A stretch of 46,654 nt of DNA from Bacteroidota bacterium (GCA_026391355.1 JAPLDH010000010.1:1-46654), one strand, 5' to 3'. Counted from the first letter of the stretch, positions 30,097-39,948 are shown. Translations and numbers: made by a program. The notes: a model not told the origin generated them from the sequence alone.

Positions 30097-32418
30097 ATGA
30101 CGAAAAATCTTGTAATCGTTGAATCTCCGGCAAAAGCAAAAACCATTGAAGGATTTTTAGGAAAAGATTATATTGTGAAATCCTGTTTTGGTCATATAAT
30201 GGATTTATCAAAGAAGGACCTTGGAGTTGATATCGGGAATGATTTTTTACCGCAGTATATAATTTCTCCTGAAAAGAAAAAAGTCGTTAATGATCTGAAA
30301 AAACAGGCAAAAGATGCCGATACGATCTGGCTTGCATCTGATGAGGATCGTGAAGGAGAAGCTATAGCATGGCATCTGCTGAAAGCGCTCGATTTGAATG
30401 AGGATCGTACCAAACGTATTGTTTTTCATGAAATCACAAAATTAGCAATCACGGAAGCAGTAGAGCATCCGAGGAAGATTGATAAAAACCTGGTAAATGC
30501 CCAGCAGGCCAGACGGGTTCTTGACCGGTTGGTAGGGTTTGAGCTTTCGCCATTGTTATGGAGAAAGATCAAGCCGTCACTTTCTGCCGGGAGGGTGCAA
30601 TCCGTTGCTGTGCGGCTGATTGTGGAACGCGAGGAAGAGATCAAATCTTTTATTGCGGTATCTTCTTACCGTGTTCAGGCTGAATTTCACATCATTGCCA
30701 ACCAAAAACCGGTAACCATCACCGCAGAATTGAACAAACGGTTCAATGTAAAGAAGGATGCCCTGGCTTTCCTTGAAAAGTGCAAAACCGCTGAATTTAC
30801 GGTGGAAGATGTTGAAACAAAACCCGCCAGAAAATCCCCGGCACCTCCATTTACAACTTCCACCCTGCAACAGGAAGCCAGCAGGAAACTTGGTTTCTCG
30901 GTTTCCAACACCATGCGGATTGCACAGCAACTATATGAGTCGGGGAAGATCACCTATATGAGAACCGATTCGGTTAATTTGTCGAGCCTTGCGTTATCGA
31001 TGGCAAAAGAGGAGATCAAAAAGTCCTTTGGTGAGGAATATGTGAAAACCAGGAACTTCACAACCCGGACAAAGGGCGCCCAGGAAGCACATGAGGCAAT
31101 CCGCCCGACATATCTTAATAAAAAGATCATTGAAGGTGACAGTTCACAAAAAAAATTGTATGACCTGATCTGGAAAAGGACCATTGCTTCGCAGATGAGT
31201 GAAGCCATAGTTGAAAAGACAAATGTAACGATCGGTATTTCGAATACTGCTGAGAAATTTGTTGCAAAAGGAGAGGTTATTAAATTCGACGGATTCCTGA
31301 AAGTTTATATGGAGTCGAAGGATGATGATGATTCAGATGACCAGGAAGGAATTCTTCCTCCGCTGACCTCAGGTGAAAAACTGGTTCCCCGGGAAATTGC
31401 CGCCCAGCAAAAGTACACGCAACATGCTCCACGATACACGGAAGCAAGCCTTGTAAAGAAACTGGAAGAACTTGGCATCGGTCGTCCTTCCACCTATGCA
31501 CCGATCATCTCCACCATCCAGAAACGGGACTATGTTGTGAGGGAAGACAGGCAAGGGATCACACGCGAATATGACCTGATCGTCCTGAAGGGTGGAAAGA
31601 TCAGGGAAGAGATGAAAACTGAGAACACAGGATATGAAAAAGGGAAATTGTTCCCGACTGACATTGGTACATTGGTTACCAGTTTCCTGGTTCAGTACTT
31701 TACCAATATCCTTGATTATAACTTTACGGCCAATGTGGAAGAAGAGTTCGACGAGATCGCCCAGGGAAAGCAGGTCTGGAATCACATGATCCGCGATTTC
31801 TACACACCCTTCCACAACCAGGTTGAGCAAACCATGGAAAACTCGAAAAAGGTGAGTGGTGAGAAATTATTGGGACAGGATCCCCAAAGCGGTGAGAATG
31901 TTTATGTTAAGATCGGCCGTTATGGTCCGATGGTGCAGATCGGTGTTACTGATTCGGAGAAAAAACCCAGGTTTGCCGGACTTAACAAAGGGCAAAGCAT
32001 CGACACAATTTCATTGGAGGAAGCGCTCGATCTGTTCAAACTACCACGAACGGCAGGTTCTTTCGAGGCAGATGATGTTATTATCTCTGTGGGGCGTTTC
32101 GGACCTTATATCAAACACAAGTCAAAATTCTATTCCCTGGGAAAAAATGAGGATCCGCTTGAGGTTTCCCTGGAAAGAGCAATTGAGATCATCGGGGAGA
32201 AGAGAAATAAAGAGATAAGTAAAACCATCCGTGTCTTTCGTGAAAATGAATCTGTAAGAATTCTAAATGGCCGGTTCGGCCCTTATATATCTTACAATTC
32301 AGCAAATTATAAAATCCCTAAAAGCACGAAACCGGAAGACCTGACACTTGAGGAGTGCATGAAAATTATCAAAGAAACGGAACCTTCTAAAAAGAAAACC
32401 GTAAAACGAAAGAAATAA
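30097..32418 (+). CDS. topA: DNA topoisomerase I (type IA).
   Basis: The TOPRIM domain (LVIVESPAKAKTI...), the catalytic Tyr region and a C-terminal basic tail are present. The protein is 773 aa. Confidence 0.95.
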   Translation: MTKNLVIVESPAKAKTIEGFLGKDYIVKSCFGHIMDLSKKDLGVDIGNDFLPQYIISPEKKKVVNDLKKQAKDADTIWLASDEDREGEAIAWHLLKALDLNEDRTKRIVFHEITKLAITEAVEHPRKIDKNLVNAQQARRVLDRLVGFELSPLLWRKIKPSLSAGRVQSVAVRLIVEREEEIKSFIAVSSYRVQAEFHIIANQKPVTITAELNKRFNVKKDALAFLEKCKTAEFTVEDVETKPARKSPAPPFTTSTLQQEASRKLGFSVSNTMRIAQQLYESGKITYMRTDSVNLSSLALSMAKEEIKKSFGEEYVKTRNFTTRTKGAQEAHEAIRPTYLNKKIIEGDSSQKKLYDLIWKRTIASQMSEAIVEKTNVTIGISNTAEKFVAKGEVIKFDGFLKVYMESKDDDDSDDQEGILPPLTSGEKLVPREIAAQQKYTQHAPRYTEASLVKKLEELGIGRPSTYAPIISTIQKRDYVVREDRQGITREYDLIVLKGGKIREEMKTENTGYEKGKLFPTDIGTLVTSFLVQYFTNILDYNFTANVEEEFDEIAQGKQVWNHMIRDFYTPFHNQVEQTMENSKKVSGEKLLGQDPQSGENVYVKIGRYGPMVQIGVTDSEKKPRFAGLNKGQSIDTISLEEALDLFKLPRTAGSFEADDVIISVGRFGPYIKHKSKFYSLGKNEDPLEVSLERAIEIIGEKRNKEISKTIRVFRENESVRILNGRFGPYISYNSANYKIPKSTKPEDLTLEECMKIIKETEPSKKKTVKRKK

Positions 32419-32448
32419 CAGTTTGAAGTTTCGATATACGTTAACTTT

Positions 32449-33627
32449 ATGGATATTTCTGAATTCCTTGAACCCGTAGGTCAGGTCGATTTTCAATTCC
32501 AGGGTGAGGCTCCTGTCCACCCGCGCCTGGGAGATCTGATAAACATTTACCTTGAACCGGATCATTTTCCCGATTACCTTGCTGCCGATATTGCCCTGCT
32601 GGGGATCAATGAAGATCGCAATGCATTCAATAATAAAGGATGTGGCCAGGCGGCAGATGTCATCCGGAAATATCTATATGCCCTTTATCCACCGGGTCAT
32701 GAATTGAAGATTGTCGATCTTGGCAATATCAGGGAAGGGTTCCAGGTTTCGGATACCTATTTTGCCCTCACCGAAGTGGTCTCAGAGATGCTGCAGAATA
32801 ATGTTCTTCCTGTACTTATCGGAGGCAGCCATGATCTTACGTTTGCCAACTACCAGTCATACCAGAACCTGGGGCAGATCGTCAATATCGTTTCCATTGA
32901 CCCCATGTTTGACCTTGGGCAATCGGAGGAGGAGATGAACTCCAGGTCTTACCTGAGCCACATAATCCTTCAACAGCCGAATTATCTTTTCAACTTTGCC
33001 AACATTGGTTATCAGTCGTACTTTACCGACCAGGATGCACTCCGTTTGCTGAAAAACCTGATGTTTGACACTTACCGGCTCGGCGTTTCAAGATCAAACC
33101 CCGAAGAAACAGAACCCGTAATAAGGAATGCAGATATTATGAGCGTGGATATTTCGGCTGTGCGGTTCTCTGATGCTCCCGGGAACGGAAATGCAACGCC
33201 CAATGGCTTTTATGGTGAAGAAATCTGCCAGCTTATCCGGTATGCAGGTTTGAGTGACAAACTCAGCTCCATCGGGTTTTATGAGACCAACCCAACCCTG
33301 GACCCGAATGGCCAGACCTCACATCTTGTGGCACAGATGATCTGGTATTTCATCGATGGCTTCTATAACCGGGCACACGATTTTCCATTCCGGAATGAAG
33401 ATGATTATATGAAATACCGTGTCTCAATCCATGACCATAAAGAAGATCTGACTTTTTTCAAGAGTAAAAAAACCGACCGGTGGTGGATGGAAATTCCTCT
33501 GGAATCAGATCTCAGGATGAAATACCAACGCCATTACCTGGTACCCTGTTCTTACCAGGATTACCAGATGGCCTGCAACAATGATATTCCTGACAGGTGG
33601 TGGATGGTGTATCAGAAGTTGATGTAG
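32449..33627 (+). CDS. Arginase/ureohydrolase-family protein (formimidoylglutamase-like).
   Basis: Ureohydrolase metal-binding motifs are present (LIGGSHDLT, SIDPMFD, MSVDISAV...DAPG). Confidence 0.7.
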   Translation: MDISEFLEPVGQVDFQFQGEAPVHPRLGDLINIYLEPDHFPDYLAADIALLGINEDRNAFNNKGCGQAADVIRKYLYALYPPGHELKIVDLGNIREGFQVSDTYFALTEVVSEMLQNNVLPVLIGGSHDLTFANYQSYQNLGQIVNIVSIDPMFDLGQSEEEMNSRSYLSHIILQQPNYLFNFANIGYQSYFTDQDALRLLKNLMFDTYRLGVSRSNPEETEPVIRNADIMSVDISAVRFSDAPGNGNATPNGFYGEEICQLIRYAGLSDKLSSIGFYETNPTLDPNGQTSHLVAQMIWYFIDGFYNRAHDFPFRNEDDYMKYRVSIHDHKEDLTFFKSKKTDRWWMEIPLESDLRMKYQRHYLVPCSYQDYQMACNNDIPDRWWMVYQKLM

Positions 33628-33668
33628 GTAATAGGCATCAGGCAATAGGCAATAGACAATAAGTTGTA
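33627..33668. repeat. Heptanucleotide-period tandem array (GGCAATA-like, about 6 units) in the convergent spacer between the arginase-family gene and ruvC.
   Basis: The units are ggtaata ggcatca ggcaata ggcaata gacaata agttgta. Confidence 0.6.
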
Positions 33669-33680
33669 AATATTTTATTT

Positions 33681-34259
33681 TCAGTGACTGAGTCTTTCCG
33701 GATTTTCGGAAAGAAACTTTTTCCATCCTGAGATTTTTTTTAATCCGGTTGAAATATCCTTTTGAAAATAATGACAAACGGCAACGGCAAGTCCATCAGT
33801 GGCATCAAGGTGTTCAGGCATTTTGTTGATCGAAATGAGGGTTTGCAACATCCTTGCAACCTGCTCTTTGGAGGCAGATCCCTTCCCGGTAATAGATTGT
33901 TTCACCTTCCTTGGCTCATATTCAAAAAACGGGATTGATCTAGACAATGCAGCAGCAATGGCAACCCCTTGTGCTCTGCCCAATTTCAGCATCGATTGAA
34001 TATTTTTTCCATAAAAAGGCGCTTCAATGGCCATCTCATCGGGCTGAAATTCTCTGATAAGTGAACAAGTATGTTCAAAAATATTTTTCAACCTTACATC
34101 ATGTCCCTCTTCTTTATTTAATTTTAGCACACCCAATGATAATAGATCAATGGTGTTACCGGCAATCCCGATAATCCCGTATCCCATGATGGTAGTACCC
34201 GGGTCAATACCTAAAATAACGCGACTATGTTTCAATTCCTGCAATGAGTAACCGTACAA
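33681..34259 (-). CDS. ruvC: Crossover junction endodeoxyribonuclease RuvC.
   Basis: The motifs ILGIDPGTTIMGYGI, EMAIEAPFYGKN and DATDGLAVAVCHY are present. The annotated start overlaps the divergent gene start at 34244 by 16 nt, so one of the two starts is probably further downstream. Confidence 0.9.
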   Translation of the reverse strand: MYGYSLQELKHSRVILGIDPGTTIMGYGIIGIAGNTIDLLSLGVLKLNKEEGHDVRLKNIFEHTCSLIREFQPDEMAIEAPFYGKNIQSMLKLGRAQGVAIAAALSRSIPFFEYEPRKVKQSITGKGSASKEQVARMLQTLISINKMPEHLDATDGLAVAVCHYFQKDISTGLKKISGWKKFLSENPERLSH

Positions 34260-35269
34260 AAATAAGGAAATACTATAACTATTTGATCGGCGCTGTTATT
34301 TTACTGGTCACATGGGCATTCATTTACCATAAGGTCAGTCACCAAAACAACCTGACCGGGGCATGGCAGAATTTCAGGGCATTGATCGAAAGATCAGGGT
34401 TCCAGGTAGAATTCTTAATTGCTGTTCTGCTGGTGTTCCTGAACTGGGGGATCGAATCATTTAAATGGAGACTCCTGATCTCCAAGGTAGAAAATATCAC
34501 TTTCCTAAGATCTTTTCAGGCAGTTCTTACAGGTGTTTCTGTGAGTACCTTCACTCCCAATCGTATCGGTGAATATTTTGGAAGGGTTTTCATACTGCAA
34601 AAAGCCGGTCGGATCGAAGGCATCCTGATCACTATACTCGGCAGCATAAGCCAGCTTCTGATCACTATACTGACCGGCGCAACATGCATGCTTGTCTTCA
34701 TTCCACTGCATCTTGGGAATTCGCAACACCTGACCGGATATTTCTATGATGCCCTCGTGGTCCTCGTGATCTCAATTGACATCTTCCTACTCTATTTCTA
34801 TTTCAATATTGCACAATTTTATACCGTGATCGAAAAACTTTTCCGGAAAAGATGGAGAAGCGTGCATAAATTTTTCAGGGTTCTTACGTTATTCTCCTAC
34901 AAAGATCTATGTAACGTGATTAGTCTCAGCTTCTTCCGTTATATGGTATTTTCCATTCAATTCTATATCCTGCTCAGGATGTTTTCCGTGCCGGTCTCTT
35001 TTTTCGAAGGATTGGTGGTGATCGCCATCATCTTTTTTATCATGACCATCATCCCGACCATTACACTCACTGAATTGGGAATCCGGGGTTCGGTGGCGCT
35101 GTTCTTCTTCAGCTTTGTATTTCCCAAAGATGAATCGGTCTCCATCGGTATTCTTTCAGCATCTGTTCTTTTATGGGCCATCAATCTTGCCCTCCCTGCC
35201 CTGATCGGATCTGTATTTGTCTTCCGGTTAACGTTTTTCCGGAAAAACCCGAACCAAATCAATTCCTGA
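34244..35269 (+). CDS. Polytopic membrane protein. It is lysylphosphatidylglycerol-synthase transmembrane-region-like (UPF0104/flippase-like).
   Basis: About 8 transmembrane helices are predicted. This family is commonly paired with a GT2 gene in Bacteroidota. The assignment is by pattern only. Confidence 0.55.
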   Translation: MSNRTKIRKYYNYLIGAVILLVTWAFIYHKVSHQNNLTGAWQNFRALIERSGFQVEFLIAVLLVFLNWGIESFKWRLLISKVENITFLRSFQAVLTGVSVSTFTPNRIGEYFGRVFILQKAGRIEGILITILGSISQLLITILTGATCMLVFIPLHLGNSQHLTGYFYDALVVLVISIDIFLLYFYFNIAQFYTVIEKLFRKRWRSVHKFFRVLTLFSYKDLCNVISLSFFRYMVFSIQFYILLRMFSVPVSFFEGLVVIAIIFFIMTIIPTITLTELGIRGSVALFFFSFVFPKDESVSIGILSASVLLWAINLALPALIGSVFVFRLTFFRKNPNQINS

Positions 35270-35271
35270 AA

Positions 35272-36432
35272 ATGGTAACACTTTATTTTGTATTTTTTTT
35301 ATTCCTGATCTATCTTTTGCTCATTTTGGTTTTTACAGCAGGATGGCTTAAGATTTCGTGGTCCCGTGGTTCAGTGGTTCAGTGGTCCGGTGGTTTGGTA
35401 GTTCCCCGGACAAAAATTACGCTTATCATCCCTTTCAGAAATGAAGAATTCTCCATCATTCCCTGCCTGGAAGATATCATTCAGCAGGATTACCCGCATC
35501 ACCTGATGGAGGTTTACCTTGCTGACGATCAATCTGATGACAATTCAGCAACTCTTGTTTCCGGATTTATCAGCGCTCATCCGGGTTTTAACCTTAATTA
35601 TCTGAAGGTGGAGAGCGACCCCGGAAAAGCAAACAAGAAACTGGCCATTGAGCAGGCAATCGCCCGGTCTTCAGGCGAACTCATCATCATGACCGATGCC
35701 GATACCCGTTTTTCAAAAGATCGTATCCGGCTGATCGCAGGAAATTATGAAAATACCAGGGCTAAAATGATCCTTGCCCCGGTAGAATTTTCGCCTGGGA
35801 AATCGTTATTCAGCCGGATGCAATCGCTGGAATTCATTGGATTGATGGGCGTGACCGCAGGATCATGCGGGGCCGGTTACCCAATCATGTGCAACGGGGC
35901 AAACCTGGCTTTCGAAAAAAGCGCTTTTGTACAAGTAAATGGATTCAGTGATAACCGGGGCTTCAGTTCCGGCGATGACCTTTTCCTGCTGCTGAAATTC
36001 AGGAAAAAATTTGGCAGGAAATCGGTGTTGTTTGCAAAATCAAAGGATGCAATGGTTTCAACAGCCCCGCAAAAGACATTTCGTGATTTTCTCCGGCAAC
36101 GATTACGCTGGGTTTCAAAAAGCAAAGGGTATAAAGATACCTGGATCCTGTTTGTTGCAATCATCACCTACATGGCGAATCTTTCCCTTGCAGGTTTACT
36201 CGTTTATGGGATTTTTAATGTTCACGTATTGTGGATTGCCTTGATCCTGCTTTGTTTAAAAATGATCATTGAATTCCCCCTGATCTTGATGTCCTGCAGA
36301 TTCCATGGAAAAACGTCTCTTTTACTATTTTATCCCTGGGTACAAGTGGTGAATATTTTCTATGTTTCACTGGTGGGACTCCTCGGGAATTTTGTGCCAT
36401 ACAGTTGGAAAGGAAGGAAGCTACGATCCTGA
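35272..36432 (+). CDS. Membrane-embedded family-2 glycosyltransferase.
   Basis: The start was taken at MVTLYF, 3 nt after the upstream stop. The DxD motif (MTDADT) and the QRLRW (QxxRW) processive-GT2 motif are present, with transmembrane helices at the N- and C-termini. Confidence 0.8.
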   Translation: MVTLYFVFFLFLIYLLLILVFTAGWLKISWSRGSVVQWSGGLVVPRTKITLIIPFRNEEFSIIPCLEDIIQQDYPHHLMEVYLADDQSDDNSATLVSGFISAHPGFNLNYLKVESDPGKANKKLAIEQAIARSSGELIIMTDADTRFSKDRIRLIAGNYENTRAKMILAPVEFSPGKSLFSRMQSLEFIGLMGVTAGSCGAGYPIMCNGANLAFEKSAFVQVNGFSDNRGFSSGDDLFLLLKFRKKFGRKSVLFAKSKDAMVSTAPQKTFRDFLRQRLRWVSKSKGYKDTWILFVAIITYMANLSLAGLLVYGIFNVHVLWIALILLCLKMIIEFPLILMSCRFHGKTSLLLFYPWVQVVNIFYVSLVGLLGNFVPYSWKGRKLRS

Positions 36433-37107
36433 TGGCAGCATTTCCTTCAGCAGGGTTTCCGCTAGCAGCAGATCAAAAGGATGTGTTATCTTGATGTTCT
36501 CGACATTTCCCTTAACCAGGTGTATCTTCTCACCGGTGGCTTCAAGCACAGTGGCATCGTCGGTATAATCATGCCGGTCAGCCAGGGCATAGGCCTTTTT
36601 GATCAGCGCAGTCCTGAAAACCTGCGGGGTCTGGATCAACTTCAGGGAATTCCGCGGAACCGGAAAATTCATCTCCCCTTCCACCCTTCTTACAGATTCA
36701 TTGACCTGCAAACAGGGAATGGCATTCCCGTAGTGTTCCGCTTCAAGAAAAGCGGTATGTATTGTTTCCACCGAAACCAATGGTCGTACAGCATCGTGGA
36801 TCGCCACGAAGCCATGGTCGGGGACCATAACCAAAGCATTATTGACGGAGTGAAAGCGGGTTATCCCGCCGGGTGTGATCAAATGCTTTTCAATAAACTG
36901 ATGTTTCAAACAAAGTTCTCTCCACTGTGTGATGAATTGTTCAGGTAAAGCAATAACGATGGAAATGGAGCGATCGAATCTCCTGAATACATTCACCGAG
37001 TGCATCAGTATCGGCAGACCGGCAAGCGGCAGGAATTGCTTGGGCAGACTGGAATTCATCCGGGAACCGGAACCTCCGGCAACGATTATGACGGATCGTT
37101 CAAACAA
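36421..37107 (-). CDS. ispD: 2-C-methyl-D-erythritol 4-phosphate cytidylyltransferase.
   Basis: The N-terminus is VIIVAGGSGSRMNSSLPKQFLPLAG. The ORF is full length at 228 aa. It overlaps the convergent GT2 gene by 12 nt. Confidence 0.9.
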   Translation of the reverse strand: MFERSVIIVAGGSGSRMNSSLPKQFLPLAGLPILMHSVNVFRRFDRSISIVIALPEQFITQWRELCLKHQFIEKHLITPGGITRFHSVNNALVMVPDHGFVAIHDAVRPLVSVETIHTAFLEAEHYGNAIPCLQVNESVRRVEGEMNFPVPRNSLKLIQTPQVFRTALIKKAYALADRHDYTDDATVLEATGEKIHLVKGNVENIKITHPFDLLLAETLLKEMLPSGS

Positions 37108-37126
37108 AACAGGTTAAAAATTGTGG

Positions 37127-38176
37127 TTAAAGGATCAGCATCGGGTTTCCATAGGTAAAAAATTTATATTTCTTATCTATGGCGATATCGTAAGCTTTCA
37201 TCAGGAAATCATACCCGGCAAATGCTGCCACCATCATCATCATCGGGGTTTGAGGTAACTGGAAATTCGTAAGCATAGCATTTGCGATATTGAACTCGTA
37301 AGGTGGAAAAATAAATTTATTGGTCCATCCTGAAAAAGGCTTCAGGTTTCCTGAAATGGTGACGGATGATTCAATGGCCTTCATGGTGGTGGTTCCAACG
37401 GCAAGCACCTTTTTCTTATTGGTTTTCGCTTTATTCACGATTTCGGAAGTTAACTCGTCGATTATCACCTCTTCCGAATCCATTTTATGCTTGGTAAGAT
37501 CTTCCACATCGATGGTACGGAAATTACCCAAACCGGTATGGAGTGTGATCTCGGCAAATGAAACGCCGTGAAGTTCCAGCCGTTTCATGATCTCCCTGCT
37601 GAAATGCAGACCGGCGGTAGGTGCAGCAACGGCACCCTCGTGCTTGGCATAGATGGTCTGGTATCGTTCCTCGTCTTCTGCTGTGGCCGGACGATTGTGG
37701 ATCTTGGGCAGCGGGGTTTGTCCCAACCGTTGGATAGTCTTCTTGAATTCTTCATAGGGACCGTCGAACAGAAAACGGATGGTTCTTCCCCTGGAAGTTG
37801 TATTATCGATCACTTCGGCTACGAGCGATTCGTCATCCCCGAAATAAAGTTTATTGCCGATCCTGATTTTTCTGGCGGGATCAACCAATACGTCCCATAA
37901 CCTCGATTCACGGTTCAACTCACGGAGCAGGAAAACTTCAATCTTTGCACCGGTTTTTTCTTTTTCACCATACAGACGGGCAGGGAATACCTTTGTATTG
38001 TTGAGAATGAATACATCACCATCGCCGAAATAGTCCAGTATGTCTTTAAAATGCCGGTGTTCAATGGTTTGGGCTTTCCGGTCCAGGACCATCATGTTGA
38101 CATCATCCCTTTGTTTGGATGGCCCACTGGCGACTAATTCCGGCGGCAGGTAAAAACGAAATTGAGATAATTTCAT
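37127..38176 (-). CDS. queA: S-adenosylmethionine:tRNA ribosyltransferase-isomerase.
   Basis: The N-terminus [16 protein letters not shown] and conservation along the full length match QueA (349 aa). Confidence 0.95.
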   Translation of the reverse strand: MKLSQFRFYLPPELVASGPSKQRDDVNMMVLDRKAQTIEHRHFKDILDYFGDGDVFILNNTKVFPARLYGEKEKTGAKIEVFLLRELNRESRLWDVLVDPARKIRIGNKLYFGDDESLVAEVIDNTTSRGRTIRFLFDGPYEEFKKTIQRLGQTPLPKIHNRPATAEDEERYQTIYAKHEGAVAAPTAGLHFSREIMKRLELHGVSFAEITLHTGLGNFRTIDVEDLTKHKMDSEEVIIDELTSEIVNKAKTNKKKVLAVGTTTMKAIESSVTISGNLKPFSGWTNKFIFPPYEFNIANAMLTNFQLPQTPMMMMVAAFAGYDFLMKAYDIAIDKKYKFFTYGNPMLIL

Positions 38177-38300
38177 ATATATAGGTGGAAGGGGTGGTTT
38201 TCAAAAAGCGTGCAAAGGTAACGATTTTTCTGCTAAATGTCAAGTTTTTTGGCGACAATTACCCAACTTTTAAAGAATTCCCGAGATTTGCACCCAGGTT

Positions 38301-38987
38301 TTATTGTGCCGGGATGAACATTTCTGCGATCTCTTCCGAAGGTTTGAGGTGATATCCTACGATACCGGTTTCTCCGGCTCCCTGAATGTTTACAAGGAAG
38401 TCATCCACGAAAAGGGTCTCCGCAGGATCCAGTTCAGCATGTTTGAGTACATATTCAAAGATCTCTTTCCCAGGTTTGGAGAGGTGTATCTGGAAAGAGA
38501 AGAAGGCTTTTTCAAACAGTCCGTTGAAATCCCGGTACCCGAACCTGGTCTGAAAATAGGCCAGGTAATGGCTGTAGTGGATTGCATTGCTGTTGCTGAG
38601 CAGGAAAATGCGATAGTTTTTCCGGATGGTTTCCAACAGTTGGATACGTTGTTCCGGTATTCCGATCAGCAGGGCATTCCATGCTTCATCGATGGCATCT
38701 TCAGCCGGCGGGTTCTGGTAGTGATCCCGGATTGCTTTCCTGAATTCATCAGATGAGATCGATCCTGTTTCATACAACCTGACCAGGTTTTCGAATGCTT
38801 TTGAAGTGTCTTCTCCTGCCTGTTCTTCCTTTGCTTTCGCAGGTCCGAAGGAAATAAATTTCTCCTCTGTTTTTTTAATGTCAATATCACAGACCACCCC
38901 GCCGAAGTCGAAGATGATGTTCCTGATCCGGGCTGCATTTGGAATATTTTTCCTGAGTACCAGCATTGTTTTTCTTTTAGTCTGCAA
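38301..38987 (-). CDS. HAD-superfamily hydrolase (subfamily IA).
   Basis: HAD motif I (IIFDFGGVVCDID) and motif II (LLSNS) are present. The true start may be the internal Met at 38966. Confidence 0.75.
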   Translation of the reverse strand: MQTKRKTMLVLRKNIPNAARIRNIIFDFGGVVCDIDIKKTEEKFISFGPAKAKEEQAGEDTSKAFENLVRLYETGSISSDEFRKAIRDHYQNPPAEDAIDEAWNALLIGIPEQRIQLLETIRKNYRIFLLSNSNAIHYSHYLAYFQTRFGYRDFNGLFEKAFFSFQIHLSKPGKEIFEYVLKHAELDPAETLFVDDFLVNIQGAGETGIVGYHLKPSEEIAEMFIPAQ

Positions 38988-39045
38988 AGATTGGACTTTT
39001 TTGGCAATCGCCCTCAGCTAAATGAAAAAACTTTAGCCGGTAACA

Positions 39046-39136
39046 AGTCGTAAATCGTAAGTCGTAAGTCGTAAGTCGTAAGTTACCAGTCATCAGACAG
39101 CAGTCGGCAGTCACCAATCAATAGTCACCAGTCACT
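39046..39136. repeat. Thirteen tandem 7-nt units (AGTCGTA-like, consensus AGTCnnn) upstream of tRNA-Met.
   Basis: The units are agtcgta aatcgta agtcgta agtcgta agtcgta agttacc agtcatc agacagc agtcggc agtcacc aatcaat agtcacc agtcact. Confidence 0.85.
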
Positions 39137-39236
39137 CGCTTGCTATCGGTATTTTATCAGCGTTTGATATATTTCTCTTTTTTCCTTACTTTTGCCGCTG
39201 TTTGTTTATTCCGACTTCTGTCGGATAAGCAACTGA

Positions 39237-39271
39237 CATTCGTAATTCGTCATTTATAATTCGTAATTCGA
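39237..39271. repeat. Five tandem 7-nt units (AATTCGT-like) abutting the 5' end of tRNA-Met.
   Basis: The units are cattcgt aattcgt catttat aattcgt aattcga. Confidence 0.8.
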
Positions 39272-39274
39272 AAG

Positions 39275-39351
39275 GGGCCTATAGCTCAGTTGGTTAGAGC
39301 ACCTGACTCATAATCAGGTGGTCCCTGGTTCAAGTCCAGGTGGGCCCACCA
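39275..39351 (+). tRNA. tRNA with anticodon CAT. This is an elongator tRNA-Met or a tRNA-Ile2 (lysidine) type, not an initiator.
   Basis: A manual cloverleaf fold gives a 7-bp acceptor stem (GGGCCTA/TGGGCCC), a D-arm (GCTC...GAGC), an anticodon arm (CCTGA-CTCATAA-TCAGG), a T-arm (CCTGG-TTCAAGT-CCAGG) and an encoded CCA. The 1:72 G-C pair argues against an initiator. Confidence 0.9.
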
Positions 39352-39369
39352 GATCAAATGTGAAATGTA

Positions 39370-39405
39370 AAATGTAAAGTCCAAAATATCTCGGACTTTA
39401 CATTT
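39370..39405 (+). terminator. A 13-bp perfect hairpin (AAATGTAAAGTCC / GGACTTTACATTT) 19 nt downstream of the tRNA. It is a candidate tRNA terminator or processing structure.
   Basis: The inverted repeat was read directly. The stem is AT-rich and no U-tract follows it. It is preceded by a 3-unit AAATGTN heptamer run (39354-39374). Confidence 0.35.
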
Positions 39406-39466
39406 CAGACTTCAGACCTCGCACCTCAGACATCACACCTAAGACTTCATACCTCAGATCTCAGAC
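39404..39466. repeat. Nine tandem 7-nt units (CTCAGAC-like) downstream of the tRNA.
   Basis: The units are ttcagac ttcagac ctcgcac ctcagac atcacac ctaagac ttcatac ctcagat ctcagac. Confidence 0.85.
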
Positions 39467-39499
39467 TTGTTTTACGTTTATATACTATACAGCCAATCG

Positions 39500-39745
39500 T
39501 TGGATTCCTTTTACATTGGGCAGACTATGGATATAGAACTCAGGCTATCTGAGCATAACACCAACAAATATGTAGGATCGTCGACCAGAATTGCAAAGGA
39601 TTGGACCATCTATTGGAAAAACCGGAGGTCTTGATCACTCTATGCCGGTTAAAGTTGATCACTCTATCTTTATAACATTCAATGAGATAAGGTGGTCAAT
39701 ATATTCCAGGCGGGAAATGGTAAGTGTGAAAGTTTTTTCCAATAG
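39500..39745 (+). repeat. Copy 1 of a roughly 250-bp structured repeat (MITE-like or cis-regulatory RNA-like). The core is about 39610-39743, bounded by TTGGAAAAA...TTTTTCCAA.
   Basis: The core is about 85% identical to 43398-43530 in the same orientation. The invariant block is TCTTTATAACATTCAATGAGATAAGGTGGTCAA. It has terminal inverted 9-mers plus an inner inverted repeat. Confidence 0.7.
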
Positions 39746-39948
39746 CTCAATATGTCTTTGGAGTATAATGATATTTCCGAGAACACTTCACAAGAAGATC
39801 TCGAATTTTCTTGCACCATTGGTAATATCAGTTTGATGGAAGAAAGGGTTATTACCCTTGTTAGGCAAAAGCTCAAAAAGAAAATTTTCCTGCCTTACAA
39901 TTGCCTTTATTCTCTCCCTTTTTATTGGATTCCTTCATTATATTTCTT

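Noticed and set aside
33693-33716. Perfect 7-bp hairpin CTTTCCG-GATTTT-CGGAAAG between the convergent arginase-family and ruvC genes.
   Set aside because: It lies inside the annotated ruvC 3' coding region (33681-34259). It would be a terminator only if ruvC ended earlier, which I cannot show.
39275-39351. Integrase-type attachment site or genomic island at the tRNA 3' end.
   Set aside because: There is no integrase gene and no direct repeat of the tRNA 3' end within the window. The 250-bp repeat pair is a different sequence.
39046-39466. Possible CRISPR array around the tRNA.
   Set aside because: The repeat period is 7 nt and there are no spacers. No cas genes are present. These are microsatellite-like arrays, not CRISPR.
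39591-39836. 81-aa ORF overlapping repeat copy 1.
   Set aside because: The homologous copy 2 has no equivalent ORF and the region has RNA-like inverted-repeat structure. It is probably non-coding.
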